Positions 14,230 through 26,618 of a stretch of DNA of 64,000 nt are shown in pieces. The DNA comes from Camelus ferus (Eukaryota). The notes under the pieces were generated by a model. The model made no database searches, had not been told where the DNA came from, and saw only the letters and a list, made by a program, of their open reading frames with translations. The position numbers and the translations under genes were made by a program. Position 1 is the stretch's first letter, and each line of letters begins with the position of its first letter. The stretch is taken from the NCBI RefSeq assembly GCF_009834535.1, contig NC_045697.1, positions 58,282,001 to 58,346,000 of the forward strand. The letters run 5' to 3'.

Positions 14230-14470
14230 AGAAATAAATAACCTCTGAAATGCATACACTTAGCTCATTTTACTTTCTTCATAGAAGTTACCATCATGTG
14301 AAATGATCTTATTCCTTCATCTGTATACAAATTTACTAATCTATTCTTTATCACCCTCATCCAGAATGTAAGATAGGTCAGATCAAATGTGTTGTTTGTC
14401 TTGTTTACCACTTTAATATTAAAATCTAGAACAGCTCCTTGCACAGAATATAAGCTCCATAAATATTTAC
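14230..14470 (+). mobile_element. L2 3' fragment
   Basis: gaatgtaag...tttgtcttgtttaccact...ctagaacagctccttgcacagaatataagctccataaatattt. Confidence 0.65.
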
Positions 14471-14599
14471 AGAACCTCCTTTAGGGCTATTAATTAGGTC
14501 CAAGGAAAGAACTGGTTATGAACTCCATACACATTTGCTTCATGGCCATGTAAGTATTTGATAAATATCTGATAGTAATTTTGATGTACTAGATAATTA

Positions 14600-14745
14600 A
14601 TTTTTAAACACCTTTACTGTGGTATGGTTCTTGTACAGAAAACTACACATATTTCAGATGTATACTTCGGTGAATTTTGATAGATATGTACACCAGTGAA
14701 ACCATTATCACAATCAAGATAGCTAACATTTCCATCACTCCCCAA
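14600..14745 (-). mobile_element. Old L1M 3' end fragment
   Basis: gtgaattttgatagatatgtacaccagtgaaaccattatcacaatcaagatagctaacatttccatcactccccaaaag. Confidence 0.75.
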
Positions 14746-14999
14746 AAGGTGCAATTTTCAAACTCCCAATTTACTAAATACTTCATTTGTAAAAGGAGAT
14801 CATGACAAATATCAAGCCAAATGTTAGAAAAATAAGCAACATCTATAGGGAGTTGTGGCCATTTGTATTTCAGTTACAATTTCTACAAGTTAAAAAATAA
14901 AATAGTTTTATTCTCATCTGAAAATTGTTAAGCAAGAATTTGCATTTTCTTATCTTCTTTCTAACAGTTCTAAATCACTTTTTAAAAAAATCAGATTTT

Positions 15000-15170
15000 G
15001 GTTTTGGAAGGAACCTTGGAAAGCATCCAGTCTGCCTCCTTATTTTCTAAATGCGTGCAGTGAAGCCTGGAGAGACTTAGCAACTTGCCTACATTACTCA
15101 GGTTTTAGCGCCCACGGAAACACTAGAAGTCAGGTCTCCTGACCACTAACTCCAGGCTTCTTTCCACTAC
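15000..15170 (-). mobile_element. MIR SINE
   Basis: ggaaggaaccttggaaagcatccagtc...agcaacttgcct...cactagaagtcaggtctcctgac...ttctttccactac. Confidence 0.7.
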
Positions 15171-18100
15171 ATTTCTTGCCTTCTTAGCAAATTATTTTTC
15201 TAACTTCAGTCCAGCTCTTCAAGTTTTTTGGGCTTTGTTTTGTTGTCTTATTGGCCTTTTGACAGTTTTATGCATATTGCTTTTCACACCACATCATCAC
15301 AGATGCATTTATTACCACATAGCTTGATGTCTTATAGTTGGCCTCCAATATTTAAGGCAGATGCATTTTGTAATGCTTTGTCAGTTTTTCAATAAAGGAA
15401 AAGACAGCAGCCGAGGTATGTACATGTTCTATTAAAAACAGGGTAGCAGGACTATCAAGTTTTAAACTACTTTTGATAGCTTATATTAGCAAGCCTTGTC
15501 AGAATAAAGGGAACTCAAATTCTGATTGATTAGTGTTGTCTGGTACATCATAGTTGGCTGCCTTAGACCAAGGGTGGTGTGCTAATGCTATTTGTGTGCT
15601 AGTGACGTCTGTCAAAATGCAATCACGTGATTGCTGTTCTGCTGTCTCCATCACAAAAATAACGTGATGAATTTTATAAGAGGTTCTCGGTGCATAAAAA
15701 TTTTGAATAAAGAAAAAAATGTGAGCATGGCATGCAATATTTCAAGAATACTGTTCTGTTTGCTTACTTCCCCTTTTAGATATTGTCTTCTAATATATCC
15801 TGCTTTACCTGTTTATTATTTTCTCTACCTCAGTGTCTACAGTGTAAGGAACATTGACGTTTGGTAAATGTGTTTTGTTGTTTTGGTTGTCATGTGTTTC
15901 TGGAATGTATCTGAAAATGTAGAGAAGAGAACATGATACAACTTCTTCTTAGGTTTTTTCCTATCTAAACTTTAATATTTTGTTTCCTTTTAAAAGCTAT
16001 GAGAATTCTAATAAACAAAGAAAATCTTGTTGTCTATGTAATACCCAAGATGCACTTCAGGCACTCCAACCCCAATAGTTTCCTTATAAATTGTTCATGT
16101 TCACTTTTGCTTAATTAGTTTCTGTTTTCTTTACTCCTAATTCTCAAGTTGAGTTTATTATAATACAGCAACTACCACAGGGGCTGGAAAGGTAATTGTT
16201 GTTTAGAGAATATTCCTTACCAGTATTTTTATGTACTGGTCCTGGTTCTAACTCCTCAAATCAATTTTATCAATGGTGAAGACTTTCATGTGTTTAATCA
16301 AGATCAATTAGATCTTAGTGCTAATTCATCCCATCTTTCTTAACTATTTAATATCAAATGGGATGCAAATTTAGATAGCTGTCTACCTTCCCTAGCATTT
16401 TTAATATTTTTACAAATATACTTGCTTCAGGGGAAAAACTCATCTGCCAGTCATAGCTGAGCTCTCTAGTTTAAAATATACAGTTATAACCATGAAAAGT
16501 ATTCCTCTATTATGTTGACGCCAGATGGAATTTAACCTCCTCAAGACGTTATTCTATAATATCTATTGTTTCCCTGTTTTTTCCCATTTAAGGTACAAAT
16601 GTCTGATGCTAACAGAGAAATTCCACCTAAATCAATTATTTTTTAACTTTACAAAGATGATAAAAGGATTTACTGAAATTGAATGGATTATAGTCATGTC
16701 ATGAGAAAAGCTTACAGTTTAGAGTACTATGCCATAGTTGTGTGTGTGTGTGTGATACTTACAAAATTCTCCAATCCATTTTCACTTTCTCAGTAAGGAA
16801 ACTTGATGATCCTTAACCGGTGTTAAAATCATTCTGTCTATTCTGATCTGGAATGGATTTCTCTATAAAAGTTTCAAGGCATCACTTCTGTTACAGCGTA
16901 TAGTTTTCTGTTTGTAATAGGATGTGTATTTATTATTTTAAGGACCTTATTACAATTTGCAAACTTATTTGTTGAAAGGAAAGAAATCAAGTGCCAGTTC
17001 TTAAAAAGCTGATGTAGTAGAGTCCTTGTTGAGGACTAAGAGAGCATGTCATTCTGCACCTTTTCCCAGCAGTGAGTGGGGATGGGAAAGGTTGGGCAGG
17101 TCTGATATGACTGTGCCTCTACAGAGAGGAATCAGCGGTATTGAATGCCATCCTTGAATGGTAGCCAAGTGAAACCTTGTCTGATCTCTTGGGATGAATT
17201 GCATCAGTTAAGGCATCTTGGTGGATTCTCTGGTATAGCACATAAAAGTTGGCAGGGCTTATAAAGATGATGTCTATGTATGTTGTTAAAAACCTCAGAA
17301 GACCCAAGGTTGCAATCTACCTGACACTATCTCTAGGGGAACCTAGCATAAACAAGGTACAATTCTTTATCTTCAAAAGACCATGCTAGCTTCTCCTGGG
17401 AACTAGAGCCTAGACAGATTTCATGCACTGAAGATAACGAAGGCTCACCTATGGCAACATGTAGAAGTTGTGACGAGAACTCAGAAAAACACAACAAAGT
17501 GAATTCATAAGAATGTGGAAGGTGGACTAACTTCTCACATTTTGAAAGCCCTTGAGGTTTCTTGGACAATCAGGCAAGAAGGGAGCCCTACACAACTACT
17601 TCTATAATTCTAGAGACTTGAGCAGAATTTAATTGTATTTAAGCATTAATTAAACAAATAAGACTTATATGTAATTCAGAAACCAATATTATTCTTTCCT
17701 TCTCAGTGCTCATTCAAATCCACCCTTTAAGCCTGGTTCTTTGCTGTCACTGAGTGAAATCTTGGGCAGGCCTTGAAACTTACCTCCAGATTCAGAAAAT
17801 AAAAGTTCTCTGTTCACTTTTAGTTATGAGCCTAATCTCATTTATATAATTAAAATATCCATTACATGTAATAGTCAGAACTCTAAATTACATTTTGAGT
17901 ATAAGTTTCTCTTCTTTCCTAACTTGCACATTATGGTAATAGGAAGGTCATATATGGCTAGTACTGTCATGAGGGTCACAGTACATTCTGGACCAGGGAG
18001 ATATCTCAAGCTATCACTTTCCTTCAGGGAGTAATGTTATGGTCTCTGGGTTCTTTCCCATGACTTGAGATGTCCTGTGTCCTTAGATCATGTCTAAGTT

Positions 18101-18932
18101 CAGACCACAGCCAGCTTTCTCTTGTGCATGTGGCCCTGATTTGGTCAACAAGAAACATGCAGGTTTGGTCTATTGTGTTGGGAGTCAGAATGCAGTTCTT
18201 GTCCTAATGCAGCACTCTGTTCTGCTGCTGTTGGCCACTTTCATCAGCCTCTTGCCTCTAAACTTTTTGAGAGGAAAATATGAGGGGTAAGTGTTTAGAT
18301 ATGCATTTAATACCAGTTCACTATGCTCCTGAACTGCAGGCAGCATAAATCAAGACCATCACCCTTGACTTGAAATGAGGTAAAGCACAATCTCTCCTAC
18401 CCCTTTTTAAACTAGTATAAGCCTCTCCTGAAAAAAATCTTCCAACTCCCAAGCTCAACCTTTGAGGTTGAGGTAGATGATGAACCAAGAATTACAAAAT
18501 TGAGATTTGCCCTTTTCATTTGTATGCCTGGCATAAGTGTATAGCACCACTCCACTTTGGAAGGCCAGAGCACTTGCCACCTAATTATTTTATACTTGGT
18601 CTTCTGGGACCATTTGGGCATTCTGTAATGCAGACAAATAACTAAGTACAATGGCACTCACACCTTAAGTTAGTAGAACTAGTCATATCAGTTTCCTTCC
18701 TTGTGATATGTTATCCAAAATGGTGGCTGCCAGCTTCTTTCACTGAAAAAATGGCTAAGTATTACTGCAGTCTTTAATTTCAGCTTTCATTATCTGTTTG
18801 TGTTTATTACAAGCTATATTCTGTCTTCCCTAGTCAGCATTATCATCATCATCATCATAGTTTTGCCTACTGTGATGATGATAGAGATGTTTAAATTCCT
18901 TTGGCAGAAAGATTCATTTCTTGCTTGAGGTA

Positions 18933-19312
18933 TGTTATGAGCTGAGTTATGTCACTGCAAAATTCTTATGTTGAAGTACTAACCCCTTAGTACCTCAGAA
19001 TGTGACTATATTGCAGATAGAGCTGTTAAAGAAGTAATTAAAGTTAAATGAGGTCATTTGGGTTGGCCCTAATTCATTGTGACTCGTGTCCTTATAAGAA
19101 GAGAAGATTTAGAACACAGACAGGCACAGAGGAAAGACCATGTTGAAGACACAAAGATGGGTATCTATAAGCTAAAGGGAGAGGGCTCAAAATAAATCAG
19201 CCCTTCTGACACCTTGATCTTGGACTTCTAGCCTCCAAAACTGTGAGACAATAAATTTCTGTTGTTTAAGCCACGCAGTATTTTGTTATGGCAGCCCTAG
19301 CAAACCAATACA
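18933..19312 (+). mobile_element. MaLR solo LTR (MLT1B-like)
   Basis: Full-length-looking LTR: tgttatgagctgagttatgtc...gacaccttgatcttggacttctagcctcc...aataaatttctgttgtttaagccac...gcaaaccaataca. Confidence 0.9.
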
Positions 19313-20989
19313 AGATCCAAGCGGAAAACATATCCACACTGGCCAAACAGGGAGGGACATCATGATATTTCTTTTGCAAGCCCATTAAAATTGCCTTCTT
19401 TCTCAGTCTTCATACTACAGCAACTCAGGAAGGGCTTTTATTTAATCATTTCAGACTCACTGTCATAAAGCTCTGACTGTCTCTGTATCACAAGCAGTGA
19501 GTACTTACAAGTACCAATATCTTCCTTTAAAGAAAAAGAGAGACATTTTATTACGAACAAGGTATATTTTCATAAAGGCAAAATAATTTAACCTATTAAA
19601 ATTCTGTTAAATTTAAAGTATTTGTGTAAAAGTTATTCAAGCTAGAAATGTGTAAGAAGGGAACAGAGGTTTAACTGCTCTTAAATTTTGTGTAATATGC
19701 GAACAATGAGGTAAGTAAAGATCTGTTTTCTTAATTCCACATATTTGATTAATTACAAATGTTTACACAGATCAAAATGAACTTTTATTGTTCACTTAAA
19801 TATGTTGGTTTGTGTGGACATGCCTCATCTTTACTTTCAACAAGTAAGATAATAGGGTAAATCAGAATTTTTGCCACTTTAAATAATAGTAAAGATAAAT
19901 TGTGGATAAATAATTTATAACAACAAGTAGTTCTCTTATCTGAAAGAAGTATTTCATTTCCTAATATGTTCAAAGATAATATATTCAGCAAAGTCATCAG
20001 TGTAGGTCTTGAATTAACATTATCCAAAATAAAGCGATTATCTGAGCCAAGAAAAGTCTTACTAAATTTTTTCCCTAACAATAAAGGCAATTATTACTTT
20101 AAAATAGTTCACAGAATTAGGGAAGAGACCTAGCTCTGGAATATAAGGTCTATTTATTCCATGAGTAATACTAATGAAGTTAAAGAGTGAGGAACTAATT
20201 ATTACATAATCGATTCTCTCACACACACATTTCCGTATCTTCTCTGTGGTAAAGGCATTTCATATTTCTAATGGCATACATATTAGAATTCAAAGAAATC
20301 ATTTCATGTTCATTTCTAAAGACAAGACTTCTGAAGTTAGTGATGTTCATAATTGATCCTTTTTGAGATCAATTTCTTTGGTAAGGTAACATTTGTTTAA
20401 GTAAGGTCAGATCTTTTAAAGATCCATGCATATTCAAGTTGATTTAAAGGTAGTTTTCTTTTCCGAAATCTAATGATTTCTAAGTAGCAAGCAGACATTT
20501 TATAGTTGTTGAAATAAAATATATTCACATAGGCATTTGCAGAATAGAAACATGAGAACTGTAGCAATCTCTTAAATGGCAACAAAGCAATAAATATATT
20601 AAGCTGAAACACTATTGGGAAGAACATAGTAACACAACTTGAGAGACTGTAAAGCAAATGAACAAGTTGGTATACCTTACATTTTATATGTACCTCAGGA
20701 CAAATACTACTGGATTGATCCATCAGAATTCACGGGATTTAAGCCATGATATAATAGTGATCAGGGTGATGAAATTGCACCCAGGTCATAGATGTCAGCA
20801 TATTGAGAAAACCTATCAATATTGTGTAAAAACCTGCCAAATGTAAGTCCTACATAAATTGAAATTAAGGCTTTTCTAGAAATCCCGGTGCTTAGTTACA
20901 CTATACTGTCAACAAAATACTTCCCAGTCCCTGTGACTTGTCCTCCACTGCCTAGTGACTGGGCTTAAGTTCATGCTTGTATGTCCTCT

Positions 20990-22620
20990 TTAGTTGACAT
21001 TTTTATTTTAAATATGTTTCTGAATGTTCAAGTGTTTTCTATGGTATTTTAACATTAAGATACTTTTAAAACTTGAATCTAGCAGATTTATCAGTCTTTT
21101 CCTTGTGATATAACTTTCATTTAGAAGGCTCAAAAAGCCCTTCCTGATGCGAGATCAGCTAATTACCAGTGTTTTCTAGATTTTAGAAATTCATTTATTA
21201 GTTTGTTTATGTGTTTTACTTTCAATACTTTATCTGGAATTTGGGTGTTCTAAAACAATGGTCACTTTTTCATGTTTTTGTTGAAAATTCTACTTTATTC
21301 CTGGTAGTTTGTAATGATATCTTTATTATATACAGAGATATGATAAATACAATACATGTATGTATTGTATTTTGTTTTGTGACAGTTTGTTCTTTTCTAT
21401 TGATCTGGTTTCTAAACCTTGCTCACTACTATGCCGTTTTCCTAATTGTATTGTTTTTATAATGTGATAACATGACTTCATGTCTGGTAGGGCAAATCTA
21501 CCCTTGTTACAACTTAAAAAACATCTTATTATTCTGTTCTTATTATCTGTCCTAGTAATTTTGAGAATTGAGTTGAAGAGGGGAAAAAAAGTTGGCATTT
21601 CATTATCTTTACACTAAGCCAATAAATTAATTTGGAAACAACTGATATTTTAAAAACATTCTATTCGTCGTCCAAGAATATGGCATGTGTTTCCAATTAT
21701 TAAAATCTTTTCTTACATTTCTCAAGAGAGTTGTGTGAAGAGCTTCAAATAAGTATCATGAAATTTTTAGAGTAATTTCTAAGTATAGTTCATTTGGGGG
21801 TAATTCCTGTTACTGTTTCTACATTTCAACTTCTGAGTATACCTGGCATACAAAAGTGTATTTGGATTTTGTGCATCTGTCTTAAACATAATCAACACAG
21901 CAAATGTTCTCATTATTTCCAAGAACTTTCAGTTGATCTTTGGTTTTTCTAGTATATCATTGTGGCAGAGGCTATATTTTTTCCTATATAGAGGTCATCC
22001 TAGCCTATCTTACTAAGAAACCCCTACTATTTGTTATTTGATCTATCAATGCAGCTTTAAAAACTGACTTTCAGCCTTACTTGGACAGTAGAGATATCAT
22101 GGGATATAGTCTATACAAGTGGAAATTCTTAAATGGACTTTCCAGGAAAAGATATTTAAATAGCAAGACAGACTCACCTAGCCATGATCTTTCTTTCTTT
22201 TTTTTTTTTTCCCTTTCCCTTTCCCTTTCTCCTGATCCCTTTTGCCAAGGGTACATAATTATAATTGGGCTCCAGTAGCTATCTTGAAAATATAAACAAC
22301 AATCACACCCCAAGGAAGATGGAACAAAAACTAGAAGAAGCCTCATTCACTGATGATGTCATGAAAACTCATATCAATAGTGAAGTTCCTACCCCTAGAA
22401 TCCTTTATGTGCAAAAGTAAGAATAATAAATTCTCATTTTGTGTAAGCCACTGTTTTTTGGGCTCTCAGGTGAGATGCAATTTCAAACAAATATAATAGC
22501 TATATTATTTGTAATAATGACAAGTTTTTTTAATTGCTTATTGTATACAATCTTATTATACTGGCAGGACTTTACAGACTATGTTAAACAATAATGGTGA
22601 CAGTTACTTGCGTCTAGAAT
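20990..22620 (-). mobile_element. Ancient L1 (L1ME-like) fragment, interrupted by an MLT1-type LTR
   Basis: T-rich L1 ORF2 antisense remnants (tgtctggtagggcaaatctaccc, actatgttaaacaataatggtgacag). Confidence 0.55.
21962..22495 (+). mobile_element. Old MaLR LTR (MLT1J-like)
   Basis: Starts tgtggcagagg and ends aataaattctcattttgtgtaagccactgttttttggg... Confidence 0.55.
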
Positions 22621-25009
22621 TCAGTTCAAAAATATTTCCAAATCTATTTGAATCTTACTGGCCTATATGCTGATCCTCAATATTTAACATATTCTGGTTC
22701 ACATTTTGGTGAGCATCCTTGGAATTAGCAGGTCCTTGTATTTGTTGCCACACTCAAATCCCAAGCTTTGGCTCCACCTTGCAGAGGTCATTATTCATTC
22801 ATACTCAAAGCAACTGCAATGATCTCATGACCCTTCTTTTATTTGTATTTGCAGCAAGTGGGAAGGAAAGTAACAGAGGATCATGATGGAGAACGAAGTA
22901 TTACTTAAAATAGTCCAATCAATGATTAGGAAGCTGCATAGAATTCTAGTACTATTTGAAGCTTAAAAATAAAGTTGCAGAAAGAAAATTAAAACCTGTG
23001 ATAGAAATGTGGAGAATTCTATCCAGTAAGTGAGATAAAAGCTACCATTTAGCCTTTTGTAAGAGATTTCAGGAAATTATATGTGGTCATAAAAATATTG
23101 TATTTTAAAAGACCCTTTCAAAAGAAATAGTACAAAAGCATCTTTGGAGGCACCTTTGTTATTATGAAAGAGAATTATTCCCTACAGAACAATGTACCGA
23201 GCATGGCTGAGATGGGAAAATTATTTTTACATGTAGGTTTTTCTATGATTATCAATAAGAGCAAATATTAAGGAGCAAAACAGAAAAAAAATACTCAATC
23301 TGATAATCAGTCCATTAAGAGCAATGGTCTGAAAAATATGAATTTCAGTATCTGATGTATTGAAACTCTCAATCAACTGCCATAAATTAAATGTAATAAT
23401 AATTTTATGAAAGTAAAGAAGAATGATAAAATTTATAAGAACTAACAAATTACATAAAACAGAGTAAGATATGCATGAAGCCATAGTTTGTTTAGAGCAA
23501 TAATGATTAAAAGGCTCTAAATAATAAGAAAGTATAATGGCTAATGATATATCTAGAAATACGATACACATATTATTCATTTGTGACCATCAGAAATTTG
23601 TTATATCAAAAACTGGCTTATTTTCATTTCTCATTCAGTACTCTTTTCCTGTCCTTCATAAGGACACTGGTGAAAAAGAAGACTATATGGTAACCTTCCA
23701 TATTAGAATAATTCTAAACCTGGTGTCAGAAAGAAAGAAAAAAAGACCAATGATTATACATGAATTAAGAAAACTGATTTCTCTCTTCTCAGCTAGGGAA
23801 GAATTAAACTAGGCTGAAAATTAATGAGAAGAGCTGAGATAAGAAATAAGTGAGAACCCATGTAAAGCTGTCTTTTGTTCAAATCTACTCTATCCCACTA
23901 CCGCCCTCACCTCCTGCCAGGGAAGGCAGGCAAAAAAGAGCCCAGGAAAGTGATCTGCTGAGTACAGAGTGACAGAGTTGGCATCTGATGATCTGGAGAT
24001 TTAATTTTTCCATCTTGCTCTCTCTCAGTATTTTGTCCTTGTCTGCAGGTGAGTTCTGCATAGAGTTGAAGATAGCTACCACATTTTCAGCTATCTTCAA
24101 ATGCCTATTCCAAACAATACCCACAGGAAATGTTGTCTCTTTTGCAGAAGACTTCTGTCTCCTTCCTCTCATATTTAAACAGCCTGATTTTTTTCTTATG
24201 TCCAAAGCTAAAGCACTTATCCTGAAGAATGAAACCATCAACATGAGGCTTAAGCCAATGGGGCAAATGCTATACTGGGCACTGGCATCCCAGGGAAAGG
24301 ACATGCGTGGTTTTTGTTGCTTTTTTTTTTTCCAGTGAGACTCTAGTAAACAACATAACGACATTTATATTGTTTACTTTAATTCTGTGCCTACCACAAA
24401 ATCTGTAATGATAATTTGTCTTCTCATGTTGCTTGTCGCAAGGGAGAATTCATGTACAAGACAGAAATGCCTTGGCCCTTTCAGAGTTATTCTTCACTCT
24501 AAGGTAATAAGTTAGCTTGTTGATCTCATTAAGAAAGGGTAAGGAAGATGGTGTCACAATCAAAAATTTCTAAAGCAAGCTTTCTCAAACAAACCTCCTC
24601 CAAAGAAGTTTCCCAGGAGGCTATACACAAGGTAGGAATAGAAAGTGAAAATAAAACTATGAGTTGATTAGGTGGGCTGCTATCAAATGCTTTCCAAAAT
24701 AGAATTTGAGAAAAGATTAGGTAGAGCTCACCTTTAAAGCTAATGTGAGGCTTCTCTCTAGCTCTAATTTTAAATAAAAACATTGGGATTACACCATGTT
24801 CTGGTATACATCAGCTCTGTGCTGTAAGAACTTGAAATTTTGACAAGATTCTTAGAAAGTACGAATGCCACTGATTCTATACTTGATAAATGAAGTATAT
24901 ATATTCAGATACATGTCAGTGAATCTAAGAAGGCATTAAATTTAAATATATTATTATTTCACATACCACTAAGAAAATAAAGCTACCAGTTAAAGCATAA
25001 CATCATTTT

Positions 25010-25305
25010 CAAGAATTACAAAGGGTCCATGATTTTACTCACCTGGGAACCTAACAAGTTAGCTTTCCACAGTTTCATGAATACTGATAGAAGACATGAA
25101 ACTCCTGGGACAGAGATGAAGAACAGTTTGCTACTCACAACATTAGCAATAAGCGGAGTATCAGCTTTCTTGTGCCAATTCCCCACTTGCCAATTCCCAT
25201 AGTGCAACATAAAGAGGCTCATATGACACCTATTCACATAGTGGGGTGCATGATCATAGAGGAACACTGAGTTCCTGGAGCCTGAATCTTTTATAATTGG
25301 CAGCC
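25010..25305 (-). mobile_element. ERVL LTR fragment (MER68/MER77-like)
   Basis: agtttcatgaatactgatagaagacatgaaactcctgggacagagatgaagaac...tactcacaac resembles this family. Confidence 0.55.
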
Positions 25306-25388
25306 ATCTCAGATCAGCAATTTTTGGATCTCATTACCAAAAATGTGTATCACTTATAACACAATAAGCATCAAATAAGATAAAATGT

Positions 25389-25456
25389 ACCTGGGACATT
25401 ATGCTATACACCAGAAATTAACATGTTGTAACTGACTATACTTCAATAAAAAACAA
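25389..25456 (+). mobile_element. Very short young L1 3' terminus with perfect 16-bp TSD, inserted in a MIR
   Basis: ctgggacattatgctatacaccagaaattaaca...gtaactgactatacttcaataaaaaa; TSD AAATAAGATAAAATGT at 25373-25388 and 25457-25472. Confidence 0.85.
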
Positions 25457-26469
25457 AAATAAGATAAAATGTGTAAGTGTATGTGCAGGATAACTGGCAC
25501 AATAATAATAGTCTTTAATAAATGTTAGTTTTCCTTTATCCTTTCATATTTTCCCCTGTGAAATAGACACTCCCCAAATGCCACACCCTAACTCCCCAAA
25601 CTCTATACACACTAGCTGCTTAAAAGTTTACTTTCTCTTAACAGGGGCAGATACTGCATTTCAAAATTATATATATTGCTAATAAGTCAAATACTTGCCC
25701 TCTATAAGGTACTAATGAACAGAATAGGTAGGTTTGAGGAGGCAAGTGCATCTGTAAATGAAGGGAATATGGACAAACAGTGAGAAAATACTCAGAAAGT
25801 GAAACTGTAGTCACAAGGGACAAATGTATTTTATTTTTCAGCTTAGCATTTACATGAGCCTAAACTAGTAACCAGACACATAACCTCTTTTGGAAAGGAA
25901 GCCATGGAAAATTTTGGTCCAAATCCAACCGGGAACAATCAGGAAATTCCTAACTCAGAATGAATAATTAATTCAATCAGCTAACCAAATGCTCTGTTAA
26001 TGAGCACAATGAAATTGTAAATGAATGAAGGATCGAATAAATGAATAAACAAATAGACAATTAAATACAGTACTGTACTTTGGCGTGTCAATCTTTTATC
26101 ACAGTTGGGAAGATGTGCTTATATCTCTATTTGAAGGCTAGAAATCTTTTTAGTATACTTACTTACTATGTTTTATCAAGTCCAGTAGATTTGAAGTAAT
26201 TATATAATATTTCAAAGTAAGTATAGATAATTGATGGCTGACTTTTTTAAATTTTATAATTAAGCCATTGTTCCATAATTTCTTTAAATGTTCACCCCAA
26301 ATATATTGGGTTAATTTTGAAGGCACCAGTGACACATTTCCAAGTTATGAGCTTATTAACCAGGAACATTAGGTTGGTTATTTGTTTTATCCTGCTTTAT
26401 TATTTACATGTAATGCAAACCCAAAGTATCATTGCTCAAGTTACCCTTTTCTACAATGTCTTCTTTTAA

Positions 26470-26506
26470 TTTTTTGGGGGGGGGAAGGGGAGGTAATTCA
26501 GTTTGT

Positions 26507-26541
<35 letters not shown>

Positions 26542-26618
26542 GCAGAGGTACTGGGGATTGAACCCAGGACCTTGCACGAGCTAAGCACACACTATACCAC
26601 TAAGCTATATCCTCCTCC
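26470..26618 (-). mobile_element. tRNA-derived camelid SINE (Vic-1-like)
   Basis: agaggtactggggattgaacccaggaccttg...ctaagcacacactataccactaagctatatcc with a (TTTA)n tail; duplication TCTACAATGTCTTCTTTTAA at 26450-26469 and 26619-26638. Confidence 0.9.

Noticed and set aside
23885..24364. 159-aa minus-strand ORF overlapped by a 116-aa plus-strand ORF
   Set aside because: No recognisable protein similarity, it runs through a poly-T/poly-K tract, and it has no promoter or retrocopy hallmarks. Likely chance; the splice motif and hairpin inside are reported separately.
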